Position numbers and translations under genes: made by a program. A DNA stretch of 64,000 nucleotides, taken from positions 1-64,000 of the IMG/VR virus record IMGVR_UViG_3300031669_000014, one strand, 5' to 3'. Below the pieces are notes generated by a model. That model saw only the letters and a list, made by a program, of their open reading frames with translations, searched no databases and was not told the DNA's origin. Positions 36,954 through 45,840 of the stretch are shown in pieces (the first letter of the stretch is position 1; each line of letters opens with the position of its first letter). Origin of the DNA: a virus.

Positions 36954-37181
36954 CTATAATCTCAAATTCTCCCGCAGTGCCGGCACCACTTCGCCGTCCG
37001 GTCGCTGCAACCGGTACACATCGCCCCGCAACCCTCGCTCCGGGCCACTGACGATAACCAGCGCCACCCCGGGTAGGAGTTTGTGTTCTGCGATGGCTCC
37101 CGGGGAGAGGCGGGTGGCTTGCGGGTGTTGTAGTCCTGGGTAACTATACATTCCCGATTTGCTTGTTGATTCGGTTGACAA
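36954..37181 (-). CDS. Hypothetical protein
   Basis: ORF track. Confidence 0.4.
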   Translation of the reverse strand: MSTESTSKSGMYSYPGLQHPQATRLSPGAIAEHKLLPGVALVIVSGPERGLRGDVYRLQRPDGEVVPALRENLRL

Positions 37182-37356
37182 GGGCGGTGAAGTCGGCGAA
37201 GTCTTCCCCGTTGAAGAGAGCGTCCCATCCCTTTATCTGTAAACTTATTGCATCAGGAGAAACTATTTTAAGACAAAAATCGGTTCCTCCGGTAGGAGTA
37301 AACTTAGCCTTGATAATCGGCCTATCCTCGTCGTCGTAGGTGCACATTATTTCCAT
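37144..37356 (-). CDS. Hypothetical protein
   Basis: AAGGAGG RBS. Confidence 0.6.
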   Translation of the reverse strand: MEIMCTYDDEDRPIIKAKFTPTGGTDFCLKIVSPDAISLQIKGWDALFNGEDFADFTALVNRINKQIGNV

Positions 37357-37369
37357 GATTATCCTCCTT

Positions 37370-37570
37370 TCATTCCCACTCCGGGCGCACCTTAATTTCG
37401 CCGGTTAACGCGTTTATTGTAGCCTCACAAAACTCAGGTAGACTTATAAATCCCCTACCGCCCAGATCTGCGTCGCAACGTGGGCAAATGTCTGGCTTGA
37501 ATGTGTAATGATACCTTTTGCAGTCCGGGCAGGTTACTTTATAGCGGGTTAGATAGGGGTTATTTGGCAT
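37370..37570 (-). CDS. Zinc-ribbon protein
   Basis: CPDC...CPRC. Confidence 0.55.
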   Translation of the reverse strand: MPNNPYLTRYKVTCPDCKRYHYTFKPDICPRCDADLGGRGFISLPEFCEATINALTGEIKVRPEWE

Positions 37571-37648
37571 TGTTTTTTCGCCCCTTTCGTGATAAACTAC
37601 TTATAAGAGATATTGTGGCTGCTGAGTTTTGGCAGCTATTTTTTATTT

Positions 37649-38125
37649 CTAGCTCGGTTCTGCGAGGTCATCCCCCACTAATTCCGGGTTATCCCATACG
37701 TTGCCGATGACCTCATGACTTTCCACATTTTGCATCTCACAAAAATCGTAAGACGGGAATGGCCTGATTGATAATTTCTGTCTTTCAATGCCCCTCTTAT
37801 TTAGTATTGATTTCCATTTGAAGCCATTTCCGTGCCACGCAATTAGCTTGCAATAATTCGCGGTATTGTCTTGAGTGATATCCCCCTCATAAATCTCCCG
37901 CTCGTTCTCGTCGTGGAGGCAGGTAAATTGACCGACTGTTTCAGGATCAACTTCATAAAGAACCAATGAAGATGATAAAAAGTTTTCAGTAAAAGCAACT
38001 TCTGACAGCCTTAAGTGGATAAATGTTCTTTTTACTTCCAATTTGCTGCTTGTTTCTGTAATTAAATCGCCTTGTATCCATTCACCGTCACTTACCCTCT
38101 TGCCACGAAACCAAATTTCACGCAC
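37649..38125 (-). CDS. YopX-family protein
   Basis: REIWFRGKR..GEWIQG; TVGQFT..D....IYEGDI; EVIGNVWDNPEL. Confidence 0.9.
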   Translation of the reverse strand: MREIWFRGKRVSDGEWIQGDLITETSSKLEVKRTFIHLRLSEVAFTENFLSSSLVLYEVDPETVGQFTCLHDENEREIYEGDITQDNTANYCKLIAWHGNGFKWKSILNKRGIERQKLSIRPFPSYDFCEMQNVESHEVIGNVWDNPELVGDDLAEPS

Positions 38126-38348
38126 CCTCTACCACCTCACTTCCCCTTAGTCTATCCCGCCCCGGTAGCCGGTTCCGCTGGTTCGCCCGAAAGCGCCGCG
38201 TGAAGCAGGTGACAGTTGGCTTAATGCAAGCAATCCTCGGAAACTTGTCGATTCCGCGCCACCAGCGGAACGCCTCTATTCCCCCTGTTGCATCGGCAAC
38301 GAAAACTCCGTACCCATTCACATCTTCTACATAGCAGTCATAGTTCAC
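38118..38348 (-). CDS. Hypothetical protein
   Basis: ORF track, coupled. Confidence 0.5.
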   Translation of the reverse strand: MNYDCYVEDVNGYGVFVADATGGIEAFRWWRGIDKFPRIACIKPTVTCFTRRFRANQRNRLPGRDRLRGSEVVEGA

Positions 38349-38641
38349 TCGGCGATCACGCTCCTTTCGCTTGACCTGGCAATATCGGCAATCATCATTG
38401 CAAAATCGGCAACATCGGCGGCCTCTTTTATTAGTTGTTCAAGATACATTGTGCTTAAAGGTTCTGCCCAATATTTTTGCCAGTGCATTATGGCCTTAAC
38501 TAGCTCATATTTTTCCTGGTCTAATCGCTTAAATAACCACCAAATATCGCTATCTTGCCAACCGCCCTTGTGATCATTGGCTTTCAGTTGCTTTTCCATT
38601 TCGGCGGCGAACCATTTTACTTCCGGTCTTACATCTTTCAC
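38345..38641 (-). CDS. MazG-like all-alpha NTP pyrophosphatase
   Basis: MEKQLKANDHKGGW...EKYEL...EAADVADFAMMI. Confidence 0.6.
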   Translation of the reverse strand: MKDVRPEVKWFAAEMEKQLKANDHKGGWQDSDIWWLFKRLDQEKYELVKAIMHWQKYWAEPLSTMYLEQLIKEAADVADFAMMIADIARSSERSVIAE

Positions 38642-38880
38642 TTAGCGATCACGCTCCCTTCGGCACAGGCAAGGGCTTCATTCGCCTTTTTAGTAGCCGC
38701 CTTACCTTCGGGCAAGGTCTGCCAGCAGTCATCCAAACCATCCACCAAGCCTTTCAGCGCGTCGTACAGCGCAAGAAACCTTTCCCGCTTTTCTCTAGCG
38801 CTAATTCTGTTGAACTCGCGTATTATAGGGGCTTGTTCGCCGTATTGAAACTCAATGCGTTTGCCCGGCACTACATCCAC
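38638..38880 (-). CDS. Hypothetical protein
   Basis: ORF track. Confidence 0.5.
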   Translation of the reverse strand: MDVVPGKRIEFQYGEQAPIIREFNRISAREKRERFLALYDALKGLVDGLDDCWQTLPEGKAATKKANEALACAEGSVIAK

Positions 38881-38976
38881 CCCCTACCATTCCCCTTGGA
38901 AGAACGCCTTCCATTGCCTATCCCGTTCGGACAGTTTGCGCTCGGCTAACCAACGTCTGATACGTTTGAACATGTG

Positions 38977-39291
38977 TTACACCCCCTCGGTTTCTACTTC
39001 GATATATGGGCCATCCTTGCCATGAATAACACAATGAAAGTCATTATCCCCTGTTTCTTTATCAAATTCATAGATATGGACAACTTTTTCATCGGCACTT
39101 AAAGTAAATCCAATAAGGTTTTTAGTCCCGATGCTTTCCCTTAGACCGTTACAAACACTTTTGTATAAATCTAGCGCAATTTGCTTTTGTTGCTTGGTTG
39201 CGTCAAGCTCACAGAGGGCATTATATGTTTTTGTAATACTTATTAACTTCTCGTCTTTACTGTCATATATGCCGACGACATCAACCTTCAA
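38977..39291 (-). CDS. Hypothetical protein
   Basis: TTG after GGAGGGGGTG. Confidence 0.55.
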   Translation of the reverse strand: MKVDVVGIYDSKDEKLISITKTYNALCELDATKQQKQIALDLYKSVCNGLRESIGTKNLIGFTLSADEKVVHIYEFDKETGDNDFHCVIHGKDGPYIEVETEGV

Positions 39292-39327
39292 TCTTTCACC
39301 CCCTCCAGCCTCTTCGGTTACCATAAC

Positions 39328-39549
39328 TTAAACAACCCTCCCTTCGGCTATTTGATTTTCACAGGTTTGGAGCCTAGATAAAATTTCATCAAGTGTTCTG
39401 CTAGTCTCCCACAGGGAACGTCCCAAAGTATCCAACTGGCGATTGAGCGAATCCAACACAGGGTAATCAACCTTTCTATGCAATTCACTTCTTATGGCGT
39501 CTACCTCTTGTTGCAATGCCCCTATCTGTGCCCACGGAGGACTATTCAC
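39328..39549 (-). CDS. Coiled-coil hypothetical protein
   Basis: AAGGAG before GTG 39549 (track start 39684). Confidence 0.5.
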   Translation of the reverse strand: MNSPPWAQIGALQQEVDAIRSELHRKVDYPVLDSLNRQLDTLGRSLWETSRTLDEILSRLQTCENQIAEGRVV

Positions 39550-39583
39550 TTGGCGGTCACGCTCCTTTCTCCGGCCTCGCCAG

Positions 39584-39847
39584 TTAGTTAGAATATCCCT
39601 GCCCACAAAACGGACAGTATTTATGAAGCATGTTGTATTTCTTATTCTTGGTTTTGGTTGCTCCAGTTTTGCAATTTTGTTCATAATTAACTTCCACCAC
39701 GGAGAAGGTTTTTATACCACTGTATTTTTCGTCAAAGAATATAGCTGTATCAATAAGTGAGGATGATTCAATGGTCTCGTTTTCTTTTTTGGTGGAGTTA
39801 AATTGTTCCTTGATTTTTTCTTCAATATCTTTAATGCAGGTACACAC
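39584..39847 (-). CDS. Cys-motif hypothetical protein
   Basis: CTC...YCPFCG. Confidence 0.6.
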   Translation of the reverse strand: MCTCIKDIEEKIKEQFNSTKKENETIESSSLIDTAIFFDEKYSGIKTFSVVEVNYEQNCKTGATKTKNKKYNMLHKYCPFCGQGYSN

Positions 39848-39982
39848 ATTTTCACCCCCTCCGGCCTCGCCGGTTACCATAACTTAAACAACCCGTTGAA
39901 CGTCCACAGCATGACTGTGATGGCTACCGCTGCCACCAGGACGTTGAACCCCTTATCGACGATGTACCCGATTAACGCATAT

Positions 39983-40459
39983 CTAGCCAACGTCTTGAGG
40001 GTTTGCACCTTGCTCCACCTCCTTTGTAAACCTAACCATTTTTAGACATCTTTTTATTAACTGTGATATTTCTTCCGATATTTTCTCCGGTTCGCCAGTT
40101 GGTTCTTCTTCAACATCCTTGTATTTGTAAACAATGCCGCAATTTAAACAAGCCGCAGTAATAAGTACACCAGCGTCTAGATATTCTGGCCGACCTCCGC
40201 ATACCGGGCAATTCGGGCCGTCTGCAACTCGGTGGGCCTCGACATGAACCACCGGCCACTCGCCTATAGGCGTCTGTATCGGCTCCCCCATGCGCACGGT
40301 GTATCCGTCCATGTGTATCTTGCTAAGTTTGTAATTGTATAAAATCTGCGTGATAACTTCGTCCATGTGTACCCGGGATAGTTTGCCGTAAGCGTTAAGT
40401 CGAACGAGATCGTGGATTCTGGCGCGGTCGGTGGCTGTTGGCAATGCGTGGAGTTTCAT
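39983..40459 (-). CDS. Hypothetical protein with Zn ribbon
   Basis: CPVCG...CLNCG; AGGAGG RBS. Confidence 0.6.
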   Translation of the reverse strand: MKLHALPTATDRARIHDLVRLNAYGKLSRVHMDEVITQILYNYKLSKIHMDGYTVRMGEPIQTPIGEWPVVHVEAHRVADGPNCPVCGGRPEYLDAGVLITAACLNCGIVYKYKDVEEEPTGEPEKISEEISQLIKRCLKMVRFTKEVEQGANPQDVG

Positions 40460-40470
40460 GGTTTTACCTC

Positions 40471-40719
40471 CTATACATCGGGACAAGTTGGGATCTTATC
40501 GTTTCTGGTTTCTATAACGGAAACCTCATCTGCAAAAAAAATATCTTCAATCGACATATTAAGTCTTTCAGAGATTAATTTTGCTTCAAACATGGAAATT
40601 CTTATGGCTCCAGTTTCCTTCTTATAATATGCCGCTGCCGTTTTTAAACCTAGTAATTCGGCCATTTCTATCGCTGAGACGCTTTTATTATTTCTTATTG
40701 TGCGAAGTTTTTCATACAT
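40471..40719 (-). CDS. Cro-like XRE regulator
   Basis: XRE HTH, divergent from cI. Confidence 0.85.
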   Translation of the reverse strand: MYEKLRTIRNNKSVSAIEMAELLGLKTAAAYYKKETGAIRISMFEAKLISERLNMSIEDIFFADEVSVIETRNDKIPTCPDV

Positions 40720-40739
40720 GCGCTTACCCCCTTTCTGCC

Positions 40740-40849
40740 GTTTCTGTAATGGATACTTTTATTATAGTGTCCAATGAAGAAACAGTCAAGTGATATTTGT
40801 AAAATAAATTTCTTTATTAGAAACATGCTTTAGTTTCCAGTTTGGATAA
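40740..40849. promoter_or_regulatory. Lysis/lysogeny switch: leftward promoter and four 17-bp operators
   Basis: TTGACT-17-TATAAT on minus (40789-40761); GTTTCY-N5-RGAWAC-like palindromes at 40740, 40767, 40808, 40833. Confidence 0.75.
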
Positions 40850-40872
40850 TATATAATTACAAATAAACGGGG

Positions 40873-41274
40873 TTGGTAAATGTGGGGATTGGTAAAAGAT
40901 TGAGAGAATTAAGGGAGCGGGAAGGGCTTACTCAGGAAGAGTTGGGTAAAATAATCAATCAAAAAAAGTCCAATATCTCCAAATATGAAAATGGCAAATT
41001 ACAGCCAAGTCTTGAAACAATAGAATCTCTTTTAGGATTCTTTGGAGTTTCGCCTAATTATTTTTTTAATTATACTCCCCATGCCGAACACAACGAAAAA
41101 AATAAAACGGCCTATTTCAAACCAACTAACCAGATCCCAGAAGAGAAACGGAAACTCATAGAAAAACTTCTGGAATTCAATGATAATGATTACAAAAAAA
41201 TTGAGGCTATTGCCGAAGTTTTCATTCAGATAGACAGATCAAAGAACGAGCAGGCAGCCGCAATGGGAAGCTAA
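40873..41274 (+). CDS. CI-like XRE repressor (no peptidase domain)
   Basis: IGKRLRELREREGLTQEELGK...ISKYENG. Confidence 0.88.
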   Translation: MVNVGIGKRLRELREREGLTQEELGKIINQKKSNISKYENGKLQPSLETIESLLGFFGVSPNYFFNYTPHAEHNEKNKTAYFKPTNQIPEEKRKLIEKLLEFNDNDYKKIEAIAEVFIQIDRSKNEQAAAMGS

Positions 41275-41390
41275 TTCTTTTTCTGCCAAGGTGGATAAGG
41301 CGAATCCTGAAGCGAAAAAAATAAGAACCCCCGGAGCCGATCAGAAGGGTTCTCGTACATAAGACAAATCACTAAATTAGGAGATGAATT

Positions 41391-41522
41391 GTGTTTATGT
41401 GTAATAATTATGACTTACTTATAATTTGCTATAAAAGCGGTCAGATACCGGAGGATGAATGGCAGGAAATTTTAAAAGACGAGGTATTTTATTGTTATTA
41501 TCAAAAACAAATAAGGTTATAA
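41391..41522 (+). CDS. Hypothetical 43-aa protein
   Basis: AGGAG + GTG; MFMCNNYDLLIICYKSGQIPEDEWQEILKDEVFY...; followed by terminator. Confidence 0.5.
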   Translation: MFMCNNYDLLIICYKSGQIPEDEWQEILKDEVFYCYYQKQIRL

Positions 41523-41526
41523 AATA

Positions 41527-41559
41527 AAAATAACCCCCTCGTGTGAGGGGGTTTTATTC
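41527..41559. terminator. Bidirectional intrinsic terminator
   Basis: AACCCCCTC-GTGT-GAGGGGGTT flanked by A and T tracts. Confidence 0.8.
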
Positions 41560-41574
41560 TGCGTCGTAATTTAG

Positions 41575-41603
41575 TTGACTAGCCATATGTTGGGGCGTAT
41601 AAT
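41575..41603 (+). promoter_or_regulatory. sigmaA promoter
   Basis: TTGACT-17-TATAAT. Confidence 0.85.
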
Positions 41604-41609
41604 GGAAGG

Positions 41610-42165
41610 GACAACCATATAATGAAAGTAACCCCCCGGTTAGACCTCCGAAGGGTTACAGGCGGGACAACCTCACAACAGGCCGGCCCGACGGTTACTG
41701 TACTAAGATTGTAACTTACATTTTTAGTATAGTCAAGACAGAATTCCCGGCTTTTTGTGAGGTTCCTCGCAAGAAGCCTTTTTGATTATCCGAAAAGGTT
41801 TCGGGTAAATAGGCTGATAACCAAGCATGCCCGGGTAGTGACCGGGATTATAACCGTTAGATGGGGATGTTTTTCCTTCCCAGAATTGAAACCGTGCCAC
41901 GATGCTAACGAACCTATGATGCACCCTGGAAACCGTGGTGTAGAGGCTACGAGCAGATGAGAGATGTCACCGATGCTAACCAAGCAGGCTGTAAGATATG
42001 GTGGACCTGGGGGCCGTCAAAAGACTAGGTGATGCGGCGTAATAGCCGCCTGTTGAAGGGACGACCGACCGAGACTAGGCCAAGTTCCAAGACAGTGTTT
42101 TCCCGCCAGCGCGGGATCTCTGTCTCTAAAACTCCCTCCCTCAACCGGCCCCCATCCTAAAATAA
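41610..42165 (+). ncRNA. Long structured non-coding RNA, candidate replication primer/origin
   Basis: Strong promoter, no credible ORF, many stems; ends approximate. Confidence 0.55.
41622..41701 (-). ncRNA. ~80-nt antisense counter-transcript
   Basis: Minus-strand TTGACT-17-TACAAT (41736-41708); ends at GTAACCC/GGGTTAC hairpin + TTTCATT. Confidence 0.65.
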
Positions 42166-42183
42166 TCACTCCGGAGGAATTAC

Positions 42184-42621
42184 ATGCACTACCTAAACAC
42201 GAAAGAAGCAGCAGCAATCCTAAACTGTGGGACCAAGAATGTTACCCTGATGTGTGCTGCCGGGAAGTTTCCAGGGTCCAAAAAGGTGATGGGGAAGAAA
42301 ACGGACGAGTGGCGCATACCGGCCCAGGAAGTAATTGACTACCAGGCTAACAAGGAAGTTGAGGCCGAAGTTTTGCCGCCTGAAAGCCATGAACTGGTCA
42401 CGGTTAAGTCTCTGGCTGATTTTTTTATGGATGAACGGAGAAGGAACGATGCTGAACATGATGAAACAAGGAGAATACTTGAAGAAGAAGTAAAAAGGAG
42501 GAATGAAGAAATAATGGAGTTACGCGGGATACTGGCGAAACAGGGGGAAGAAGTCGCGGTAGTTTGGGGGAAGGTTGCGGAGATTGAAAAGAAAAAGCGC
42601 CCGTGGTGGCGCTGGTGGTAG
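42184..42621 (+). CDS. RacA/pSK1 Par-like HTH-coiled-coil protein (paralog of 314)
   Basis: MHYLNTKEAAAILNC...KKRPWWRWW; GGAGG RBS. Confidence 0.6.
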   Translation: MHYLNTKEAAAILNCGTKNVTLMCAAGKFPGSKKVMGKKTDEWRIPAQEVIDYQANKEVEAEVLPPESHELVTVKSLADFFMDERRRNDAEHDETRRILEEEVKRRNEEIMELRGILAKQGEEVAVVWGKVAEIEKKKRPWWRWW

Positions 42622-42625
42622 TTTA

Positions 42626-43069
42626 TTAAATGGATTGTTTTAACTCTTTTTCATATTCATAATATTCATATAGATTTCCGTGATAACTTTCTATTAATTT
42701 ATCTTTGTTTTCTTTTATGGCAAAACAACCAGTAAATACATAGCATTTCTTAAGGGATTCAATATCATTGACTGTGACACCAACTATTTTCTTGTCCAAT
42801 ATCTTTTCTGCTTGATCGCTCCCACCATGCCACCATTGACCATTACAGTGAATTATTTTGCCATTTTCTAGTGATATATCGAATTCGCGTCCAGCAAAGG
42901 CTTTGAATCTACCCCAAGGTGCTTCATAATATAAACAATCCACAAATGTTTCTGATTCATCTATGCCAATTATAATGTTGTCATATTTTTTGTATTTAAA
43001 TTTAATTTCATTTTTCATAACCAAAGCAACACCGCTATTAAATTTTACCAATGCCATTAATTCGTTCAT
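42626..43069 (-). CDS. AT-rich hypothetical protein
   Basis: ORF track. Confidence 0.65.
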   Translation of the reverse strand: MNELMALVKFNSGVALVMKNEIKFKYKKYDNIIIGIDESETFVDCLYYEAPWGRFKAFAGREFDISLENGKIIHCNGQWWHGGSDQAEKILDKKIVGVTVNDIESLKKCYVFTGCFAIKENKDKLIESYHGNLYEYYEYEKELKQSI

Positions 43070-43072
43070 AAC

Positions 43073-43372
43073 TCATTCCCCCTCAGGCCAGAATATCTCC
43101 ATAAACAATTCCCCGCTACACCTCACATTAAAACACGCCTTTCCGCGTACTTTCAGCATCGAAGGGCTGTCCAATACGCTGCGCTTGATCTCCGTGGTTA
43201 CATTAGCCGGGAACAGTGTTACGACCTCCTGTAGCCCTACATAAAAACGGATATATCCATCGTCGGTAGTCTCGTACTCTTCGCAGATGATCCGGATCAT
43301 GGCCCCGTGGCGGTAACTGAAAATATGGGGCGGTCCGTACTTTTTGAGGCAGACTTGCAGTTCAAGGCTCAC
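43073..43372 (-). CDS. Hypothetical protein
   Basis: AAGGAGG before GTG 43372. Confidence 0.55.
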   Translation of the reverse strand: MSLELQVCLKKYGPPHIFSYRHGAMIRIICEEYETTDDGYIRFYVGLQEVVTLFPANVTTEIKRSVLDSPSMLKVRGKACFNVRCSGELFMEIFWPEGE

Positions 43373-43530
43373 TTTGAGTCCTCCTTCCGTTGGCGGTATT
43401 CGTCCCGATCTAACTTTTCCAGCGCAACCAGTTTCAACCACGTACTAACGGATAGTTTCGATCGTTTGGCGGCATCCTGTATACGCTTGATTGTTTCATC
43501 GTCAAGGTAGGTTTCTAGGCGCTTTGACAC
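43369..43530 (-). CDS. CopG-like ribbon-helix-helix protein (53 aa)
   Basis: MSKRLETYLDDETIKRIQDAAKRSKLSVSTWLKLVALEKL; not in track. Confidence 0.65.
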   Translation of the reverse strand: MSKRLETYLDDETIKRIQDAAKRSKLSVSTWLKLVALEKLDRDEYRQRKEDSK

Positions 43531-43920
43531 TTACAGCGCCTCCTTTACTGCCGCGAATAGGGCGTCGATTAACTCTGGTTTACCGTTTGTGCCTATGTTT
43601 AAAACACTGACATAATAATTATTGATGAAAAAATCGTACTCTATTTTCTGTAATTTATGACCTAGCAGTTCAATGCACTGGCCGATGGAGAGAAGGGGGA
43701 GGCACAAATTTATTGGGATTAAGTCTGTTTCGTTGCCAAAATTGGCAAACGGGAAAAACTGACAGGCAAAACCATTGCAAGGTCTTCCTATAAACCTAAT
43801 ACGGTCATCTTTTCCGCTTATAATGCAATCACCTTCCTGTGGCCTCCACCACTCCCGAAGCTTCTCCTTCTTCTCCGGGGTCAGTTCGTTCAGTTGCTCA
43901 ACGGTTATTCTTTGTTTCAT
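43531..43920 (-). CDS. Phage hypothetical protein
   Basis: PLLSIGQCIELL..ELIDALFAAVKE; upstream TTGACA-18-TATAAT. Confidence 0.7.
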   Translation of the reverse strand: MKQRITVEQLNELTPEKKEKLREWWRPQEGDCIISGKDDRIRFIGRPCNGFACQFFPFANFGNETDLIPINLCLPLLSIGQCIELLGHKLQKIEYDFFINNYYVSVLNIGTNGKPELIDALFAAVKEAL

Positions 43921-44015
43921 TTAAACACCTCCATCCATATTATACCCCCACTATACACCCATTGTCAAGTCAAGTCTACGCGGAATATACACGGAAGTAA
44001 TTCCGCATAAAACAG

Positions 44016-44041
44016 AAAAACCCCCGACCGAAGCCGGGGGT
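44016..44041 (-). terminator. Terminator ending lysis operon B
   Basis: CCCCGG-CTTCGG-TCGGGG + TTTTT; same slot as 1677-1700. Confidence 0.75.
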
Positions 44042-44056
44042 AGGGGATGGATCATA

Positions 44057-44311
44057 TTAACTTATAGTAAACGGTGGTTGCGGTAAAGGGGTCCCGCTGG
44101 TCTGTTGTTGCCATTGAATATCCTTGGGATACTGGACGCCATGAGGGAAAGGGGGATTTTGGCGGTTCCCAACTTGATAATGTTTGCATTTTAATTCAAC
44201 GCTGAACATCGTTTCGGTTTTCGGAAGTTGTACTGGGAGATGTCGGTCGAGTTCGGCGTATTCCTGTTTGTGACCGCAAACCTGATTATGTGTGCATGAA
44301 TCGCATTTCAT
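44057..44311 (-). CDS. Cys-motif hypothetical protein
   Basis: MKCDSCTHNQVC...CKHY. Confidence 0.55.
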   Translation of the reverse strand: MKCDSCTHNQVCGHKQEYAELDRHLPVQLPKTETMFSVELKCKHYQVGNRQNPPFPHGVQYPKDIQWQQQTSGTPLPQPPFTIS

Positions 44312-44316
44312 ATTTA

Positions 44317-44556
44317 TCATCCTTTCTTTACTAGACTGTATGCCACTTGCATAAACAGGCCCGTCACAACTCCAAATCCGTACTGGATATACTCTCTCGC
44401 CTCTACTCCGAAGTCCGCCGGCAGCACACCAGCGGCCTTTCCAGCGATTAGGCCGGTTACGATCACAGCAAGCCAAACGGGTACCCACCAGGGAGCTGTG
44501 CCTAGTTGTGGGGTTGGTTGGGGATCGGTGGTAACCGGGGTTTGTTCGTCTCCCAT
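44317..44556 (-). CDS. Holin-like membrane protein B
   Basis: Two TM; AAGGAGG RBS; starts MGDEQ. Confidence 0.6.
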   Translation of the reverse strand: MGDEQTPVTTDPQPTPQLGTAPWWVPVWLAVIVTGLIAGKAAGVLPADFGVEAREYIQYGFGVVTGLFMQVAYSLVKKG

Positions 44557-44597
44557 AGGTAATTCCTCCTTTAGATAATATTTTAGATATTCAAGTT

Positions 44598-44765
44598 TTA
44601 GACGGTTGTCGGGGACGCATCAGGCATCAGCCTTTCTTTGCTTGTTGTGATTTGGGCGGTTCTATCATCGTAATTTGTTCCGCATCTAGGGCAATCCCAG
44701 ATGTATAAATTGCTGCGGGGAATAACTGTAGCCTCCATTCCTGTGTTGCACTCAGGACACTGCAA
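44598..44765 (-). CDS. Zinc-ribbon microprotein in lysis cassette (55 aa)
   Basis: MQCPECNTGM...WDCPRCGTNYDDRTAQI. Confidence 0.65.
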   Translation of the reverse strand: MQCPECNTGMEATVIPRSNLYIWDCPRCGTNYDDRTAQITTSKERLMPDASPTTV

Positions 44766-44791
44766 ATAGAGCACCCCCTTTTTCGTGGTTA

Positions 44792-45484
44792 TCAGCCTTT
44801 CATCTTGTCGTACTCGTACAGCACCCGGATAAGCGCATAAAAATCCTCGCTTCGATTCTCCGGAGAAACAACAAGACTATGCGCCACAGCCCACATTAGC
44901 GCCTCTTTGGCCCAATCAGGAACCACAGTAGCCACCTCACCTTTCCACGCGCATCCCAGTGCCCGGGCGATACCCTTGGCGTAGGCGCCGGCCAGACCAT
45001 CAAGAAAAACTTCGTTTTTTAACTTCGCAGCGTCGAATTGGTTAGAAATGAATAGGTTCTCAAACAACATCGCTGGCATTAACGTATCCCGGAGAACAGC
45101 AAAATTAGCCGTCTTTTTGCCACGGTCCACGAAGCCATACTGCCGGTAAAAGTTAGCTACTTCAGTGTGTACGTAGAAGCGAAGATTATCGGCTTTCTGG
45201 CTACCTGGGTAAGTGAAACTCTCAAAACCGGTGGCGGACGCGTTTACTGCGCTATTGACGTGGATGCTCAAAAAGAAATCAGCCTCCGGGTAAACGTTGG
45301 CCGCGATGCAAATATCAGCCAGTTTGTTTTCATGCACCGTCACGTTATCAATCCCATATAGCGGCAATTTAGCGGCAATCTTGCTGCATATGTTTACGTC
45401 AATGTCGGCCTCGTGGATACCGTTTCCGACGGCGCCAGGATCAAGATTGTCAAAGTGCCCAGGATTTTGAATTACAAGTGCCAT
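44792..45484 (-). CDS. Endolysin amidase B
   Basis: Same length as and highly similar to 2111-2803. Confidence 0.92.
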   Translation of the reverse strand: MALVIQNPGHFDNLDPGAVGNGIHEADIDVNICSKIAAKLPLYGIDNVTVHENKLADICIAANVYPEADFFLSIHVNSAVNASATGFESFTYPGSQKADNLRFYVHTEVANFYRQYGFVDRGKKTANFAVLRDTLMPAMLFENLFISNQFDAAKLKNEVFLDGLAGAYAKGIARALGCAWKGEVATVVPDWAKEALMWAVAHSLVVSPENRSEDFYALIRVLYEYDKMKG

Positions 45485-45494
45485 AAATATCCCC

Positions 45495-45770
45495 CTATTT
45501 TATTATTACTAAAGCCATTACCGCTGCGACAATAGCCGCTACAACCCCGGCGATTGATGTGTTAACCACGATATCCCAACGCTTACGTGGGGTTTCGGTT
45601 ATCTTGTCAATTTTCTTTTTCACATCATCCAGGGTTATCTTGATATACTGTAATGTCACTTCCGTTCGTCCAGCATTGACATCTTGGGCGCCCTGGTCCT
45701 TCTGTAATTTGTTGATGTCTCTCTCAGCAGAATCCATCCGCTTTTCGAGCTTACAGTTAATACAGTCCAT
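45495..45770 (-). CDS. XhlA-like coiled-coil/TM protein B
   Basis: Homolog of 2814-3089. Confidence 0.6.
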   Translation of the reverse strand: MDCINCKLEKRMDSAERDINKLQKDQGAQDVNAGRTEVTLQYIKITLDDVKKKIDKITETPRKRWDIVVNTSIAGVVAAIVAAVMALVIIK

Positions 45771-45840
45771 TATGGGGCCTCCTACTCCTTTGGGGGTTTT
45801 ATGGGTTTTTTTGGTTTCGGTGGTTTGGGATACTTTTGCA

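Noticed and set aside
41459-41527. MAGNFKRRG... after GGAGG resembling an integrase N-terminal remnant
   Set aside because: Only 22 codons and overlapped by a longer RBS-led ORF (41391-41522) ending at the terminator; likely chance
41733-42217. Short track ORFs (41733, 41757, 41786, 42017) as a rep gene
   Set aside because: 63-67 aa, no RBS, no motifs, mutually overlapping in a structured region
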